Assembly: GCA_965645245.1 (NCBI GenBank)
Contig: OZ287069.1
Coordinates: 3,038,001-3,102,000, forward strand
Direction: 5' to 3'
DNA: 64,000 nucleotides
Source: Massalongia carnosa
Lineage: Eukaryota
Below are positions 60,809 through 64,000 of this stretch, piece by piece (within the stretch, counting starts at the first letter, position 1; the number at the start of each line of letters is the position of its first letter). Below the pieces are notes generated by a model. The model searched no databases. It was not told where the DNA came from and saw nothing but the letters and a program-made list of their open reading frames with translations. The translations under genes were made by a program, and so were the position numbers.

Positions 60809-62833
60809 TCACAGCTTCCAGCCCTCATGGCTGATTTCTTCCAGCATCTCCTCACAGCCGTTAAGCCATCGACTATCCAGCACCTGTCGAATAGTCCAGC
60901 GACTCTCGCTGTTCATGTCCAAGCATCCATGAACAAGTTCGAGCACCTCACTCTCCGAGCCCCGCGCCCGGGCCGCGCACTGCAGGGATTCGTGGCTCCA
61001 CTCTCCAGCAAGGATCATCATCTGGACGCGAGGCTGGAAGACATGCTGAAAGGGCAAGGCCCCCACAAGGAGAGCAAAGACCACCACTCCATACGCCCAC
61101 ACGTCGACCGCGCGGTTGAGAAAGCCGGCGGGGCTGCGAATGAGCTCAGGCGATGCATACTGAAGGCTTCCGGTAATATATGTGCTGCTGGCGGTGGAGT
61201 CAGTGGTTCGTGCCGCCGGATGGTGAGCTGCGTCGGCGTAGGGGTCGGGTGAATGGCGGCTATGATCATCCGTGACAACAAACTCAGCCAATCCGAAATC
61301 GCAGAGAACGAGATTGCCCCCTTCGATGGAAGCGTTGGGTGGAGACAGGTCGATCAAACAGTTCTCCAGCTTGATGTCTCGATGGACAATCCTCATATCC
61401 TCGTGAAGATAGCGGATGGCCGAGGCAAGCTGGTAGGTATATCGTCGAGCCCTATCTCGGCTCAGACCTTGCCGGTTCGCGCGAACCATATCAAAAAGGG
61501 TCCCGCCAGTGTGTAATTTGGTAAAGCAAAAGGTTGCGTAATTGGTTACGTGTACAGCAATCAGAGGTAAAATATGACGATGATCCAAGCATCGCCACAG
61601 GCCAACCTCACGCTCAAACTCCGCCTGGAAGTGCTCATTTTCCATATCCTCCTTGCCGGTAACATGTTTGCGTACGATCTTGACCGCACGACATACGCGT
61701 TCCCCGCTTTCAATGGTATATGCTTCCTTGACCACACTAAAACCCCCATGAGCTATCTTCTTTCCCAACACATACTCGCCAACCTCTTGCCCTTCGTCAT
61801 CTGGTTCGGCCACGGGATCCTCACGGGCAAACTTGGAAAGGAACGCCGTAGCCGGTGACATGGACGACGCAATTGATCGGCGAGAACTTTGGCGCACGTT
61901 GTCTTTCCGGTTAAACGAATAGCTCTTTGCGCGAGGCGCGGATCCCCGCCGCGGTATCGTAGGCCATTTGCTCGACTCCTCGAGAGATGTGGGATGATAG
62001 AAGGGAGAAAATGAAGAGATTGGAGAGACGAGACAGTCCATCGTACTGTCTGGTGGCGTTTGAATCTCGGATCGAATGAGAGACGCAGTGGAAGCGGAGG
62101 TCAACGAAACACCTTGCTCAAGGCTTGGCTGTTCGTTGTCGCTGGCACGTCGATAAGTTGGAGACCGGAGCAACGGAAAACGGGACAAGTTCTCTGCCTG
62201 CCTAGTCTTGAACTGAGGACGGTCTTGTTGACTTTGACCTTTAAACGGCTGACTAGTGAAAGCGTCGTAGTTGACAATCTCGGCGTCGCTGAAAGCCCTC
62301 GATAGAGGCGATCTCGGCGATTGCCTCAATAGCTCCTGCAATCTCGAGCTTTTTTTCAGACTTGTATCTATCGCGAGCTTTGAGAGCGGTTCGTTTAATC
62401 CACGTTGCTGTCCCGATTCCAAAGTGACGTGTGGGTGGAAAGTGATCGAGGGCCGTCGGTTGCGTATGAACTCTTCCAAAGGAGAGGGTTCATGATAATG
62501 GGAATCGTGAACGAGTCCGTCCTTTAAGAAGGGCTGTAGATCGTCATGACCCGAGGCTGCCGGCACGTTAATGGGCGGCGTAGATGCATGGTTCTCCTGC
62601 TCCTCGAACGCCGTCCATCTTGTTTCTGTATCAGCAGCCCTTATCGATAATGGATATTTCCGTGATAGCGAAACACGCCCAATGACATCAATCCCTTCGC
62701 CGTGCAATTGCCCGAGGGTCCCATTATCTTCACTGCCGCGAGTGAGCAGCCCTTGGGGTGTAGGCGAGCTAGGGGCGGAGCCCGAGGTCGCTGTCCGCAG
62801 CCTCTGGAATCGGGCCTGCAAATCATAGGCCAT
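60809..62833 (-). CDS. Ser/Thr protein kinase (CAMK-like, possibly Nnk1-related), intronless
   Basis: First in-frame ATG is 62833 (MAYDLQ). Motifs LGKKIAHGGFSVV, AVKIV, HRDIKLEN, DFG, GSLQYASPE and DVWAYGV. Confidence 0.9.
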   Translation of the reverse strand: MAYDLQARFQRLRTATSGSAPSSPTPQGLLTRGSEDNGTLGQLHGEGIDVIGRVSLSRKYPLSIRAADTETRWTAFEEQENHASTPPINVPAASGHDDLQPFLKDGLVHDSHYHEPSPLEEFIRNRRPSITFHPHVTLESGQQRGLNEPLSKLAIDTSLKKSSRLQELLRQSPRSPLSRAFSDAEIVNYDAFTSQPFKGQSQQDRPQFKTRQAENLSRFPLLRSPTYRRASDNEQPSLEQGVSLTSASTASLIRSEIQTPPDSTMDCLVSPISSFSPFYHPTSLEESSKWPTIPRRGSAPRAKSYSFNRKDNVRQSSRRSIASSMSPATAFLSKFAREDPVAEPDDEGQEVGEYVLGKKIAHGGFSVVKEAYTIESGERVCRAVKIVRKHVTGKEDMENEHFQAEFEREVGLWRCLDHRHILPLIAVHVTNYATFCFTKLHTGGTLFDMVRANRQGLSRDRARRYTYQLASAIRYLHEDMRIVHRDIKLENCLIDLSPPNASIEGGNLVLCDFGLAEFVVTDDHSRHSPDPYADAAHHPAARTTDSTASSTYITGSLQYASPELIRSPAGFLNRAVDVWAYGVVVFALLVGALPFQHVFQPRVQMMILAGEWSHESLQCAARARGSESEVLELVHGCLDMNSESRWTIRQVLDSRWLNGCEEMLEEISHEGWKL

Positions 62834-64000
62834 CCCCCCAGGAAGCACAACCCAGAGAAATGGGGACTTGTGCAAGACGGGCTGAACTGCAGCAGCGGCG
62901 GATTTGCGCTCCTCTCACACTTGGTTTGGGAAGGCGCCGATTTTGGAGGCGAGAGCATGCGTCTGCGTTGATTCGAAAAAGACGTTTGCTTGGTTTTAGA
63001 TGGCACTGATAGTGCTTTCGGACCGATTTCAGTTGCCTTGGATTGTTCGGGAATCGTGTTTGGGTTGTGATCACCGCCTCCGCCGAGTGTCTGGCAGAAA
63101 CTTTTTCTCATACACGAAAAAGCGATTGCGATAGCGTTTTTGAATGGAGCGAATAATGGTTGAATCTAGCGAACTGACAAGTACAAATACGTAAGAACGA
63201 GAAAGAAAGGAGAGGACTCGAAGGAGACGTATGGTTGAAGAGATTTCAAAAAATGAGGGGGGGGAGGATAATGGGCGAGTTAATCCATACGCCTTTGTGG
63301 TCGAATTGGGGGCGTTGTATGAATGATTATCTAAGACTTTTTCAATTGCGAAATGGAGCTACCTAAAAGTACGGCGTATTGTACCTAATGGCGAGTATGT
63401 ATGTACCGAGTACCACCAAACTAGATCGTTTTTAAGGGGGAAGGTTCCTGGGTTCCTCCGCTTCCCCACGCCCTATAAAGTCCGGGTGCGCACTAAAGCC
63501 CACACCGTGATACCTTATCCAGGTTCGCCGGATTTTACGCATATGATTCTACGCATCGCCTCTCCTCGTACGCATCCGCTGTTTTGCCGTTGACTTGCAC
63601 TGTTTCTTTCATCTTAGGTAACAGAAATCGCAATCGGGGGTCTCCGTCACTAGACATGAGTGTTTAGCTAACGTCAGAGATTGTACACTCACCGCTACGA
63701 GAAGAACGGAGGGATTGGTAATCACTAGTTACAAAAGGAATCTTACCCAGATACCGACAGTAAGAGCCTAATCACCTAACCCTATTCATAGGTACACACA
63801 CACCAACCCTAGAGTAGATACTCTCTGTACGGAGTACTTTAGTAGCCGATAATGAGCTCATACGAGCGGCTCAAAGTTCATTCTCCGAGCGGTCCCGACA
63901 ATCCCGACATCTAGCCGAATTTCGGAGGGCGAAGAGATCCCTGCAAGCCAGTTACAGTGCTGTTTAAGCATGATATTAAGCTTGTAACCTGACAGGCGAG

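Noticed and set aside
63775..63784. CCTAACCCTA as a possible telomerase RNA template
   Set aside because: A telomeric 10-mer is expected by chance in 64 kb, and no supporting structure is visible.
1..64000. tRNA, rRNA, CRISPR arrays, intact transposons
   Set aside because: None recognised by eye. tRNAscan-SE and repeat searches were not run, so short or degenerate elements could be missed.

Overview
Eukaryotic DNA from a filamentous ascomycete (Pezizomycotina). Short GT-AG introns with CTRAY branch points, microsatellite-rich spacers and purine-skewed gene ends suggest a lichen-forming lineage, but that is a guess. I reconstructed 19 apparently intact genes by hand; most are intron-split and poorly captured by the ORF track. 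In order they are: a 5'-truncated RhoGAP-domain gene, a DUF1264/OBAP gene, glyoxalase II head-to-head with dihydroxyacetone kinase, SmD2, an Ams2/Spt21-type GATA factor, RPA3, a secreted S10 carboxypeptidase, an ATF-type bZIP, six consecutive mitochondrial genes (mL38, uL4m, Ehd3/mS47, bS6m, Gcv3, Mgm1), Pub1, a probable divergent Mediator Med2, a PXMP2/Mpv17 protein, the Nha1 antiporter and a Ser/Thr kinase. Between about 42.7 and 55.2 kb lie several decayed accessory genes: SprT-like/BTB, NtaA/DszA monooxygenase, a membrane protein, a P450 and a hypothetical. The best leads are the mitochondrial-biogenesis cluster with Puf-type 3' elements, the DAK-GLO2 divergent pair, a hidden spliced mitochondrial presequence exon on GLO2, a candidate H/ACA-like structured RNA at about 5.2-5.4 kb, and the Med2-like orphan. 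I saw no tRNA, rRNA, CRISPR array or intact transposon. Family calls come from motif recall; no database searches were run.
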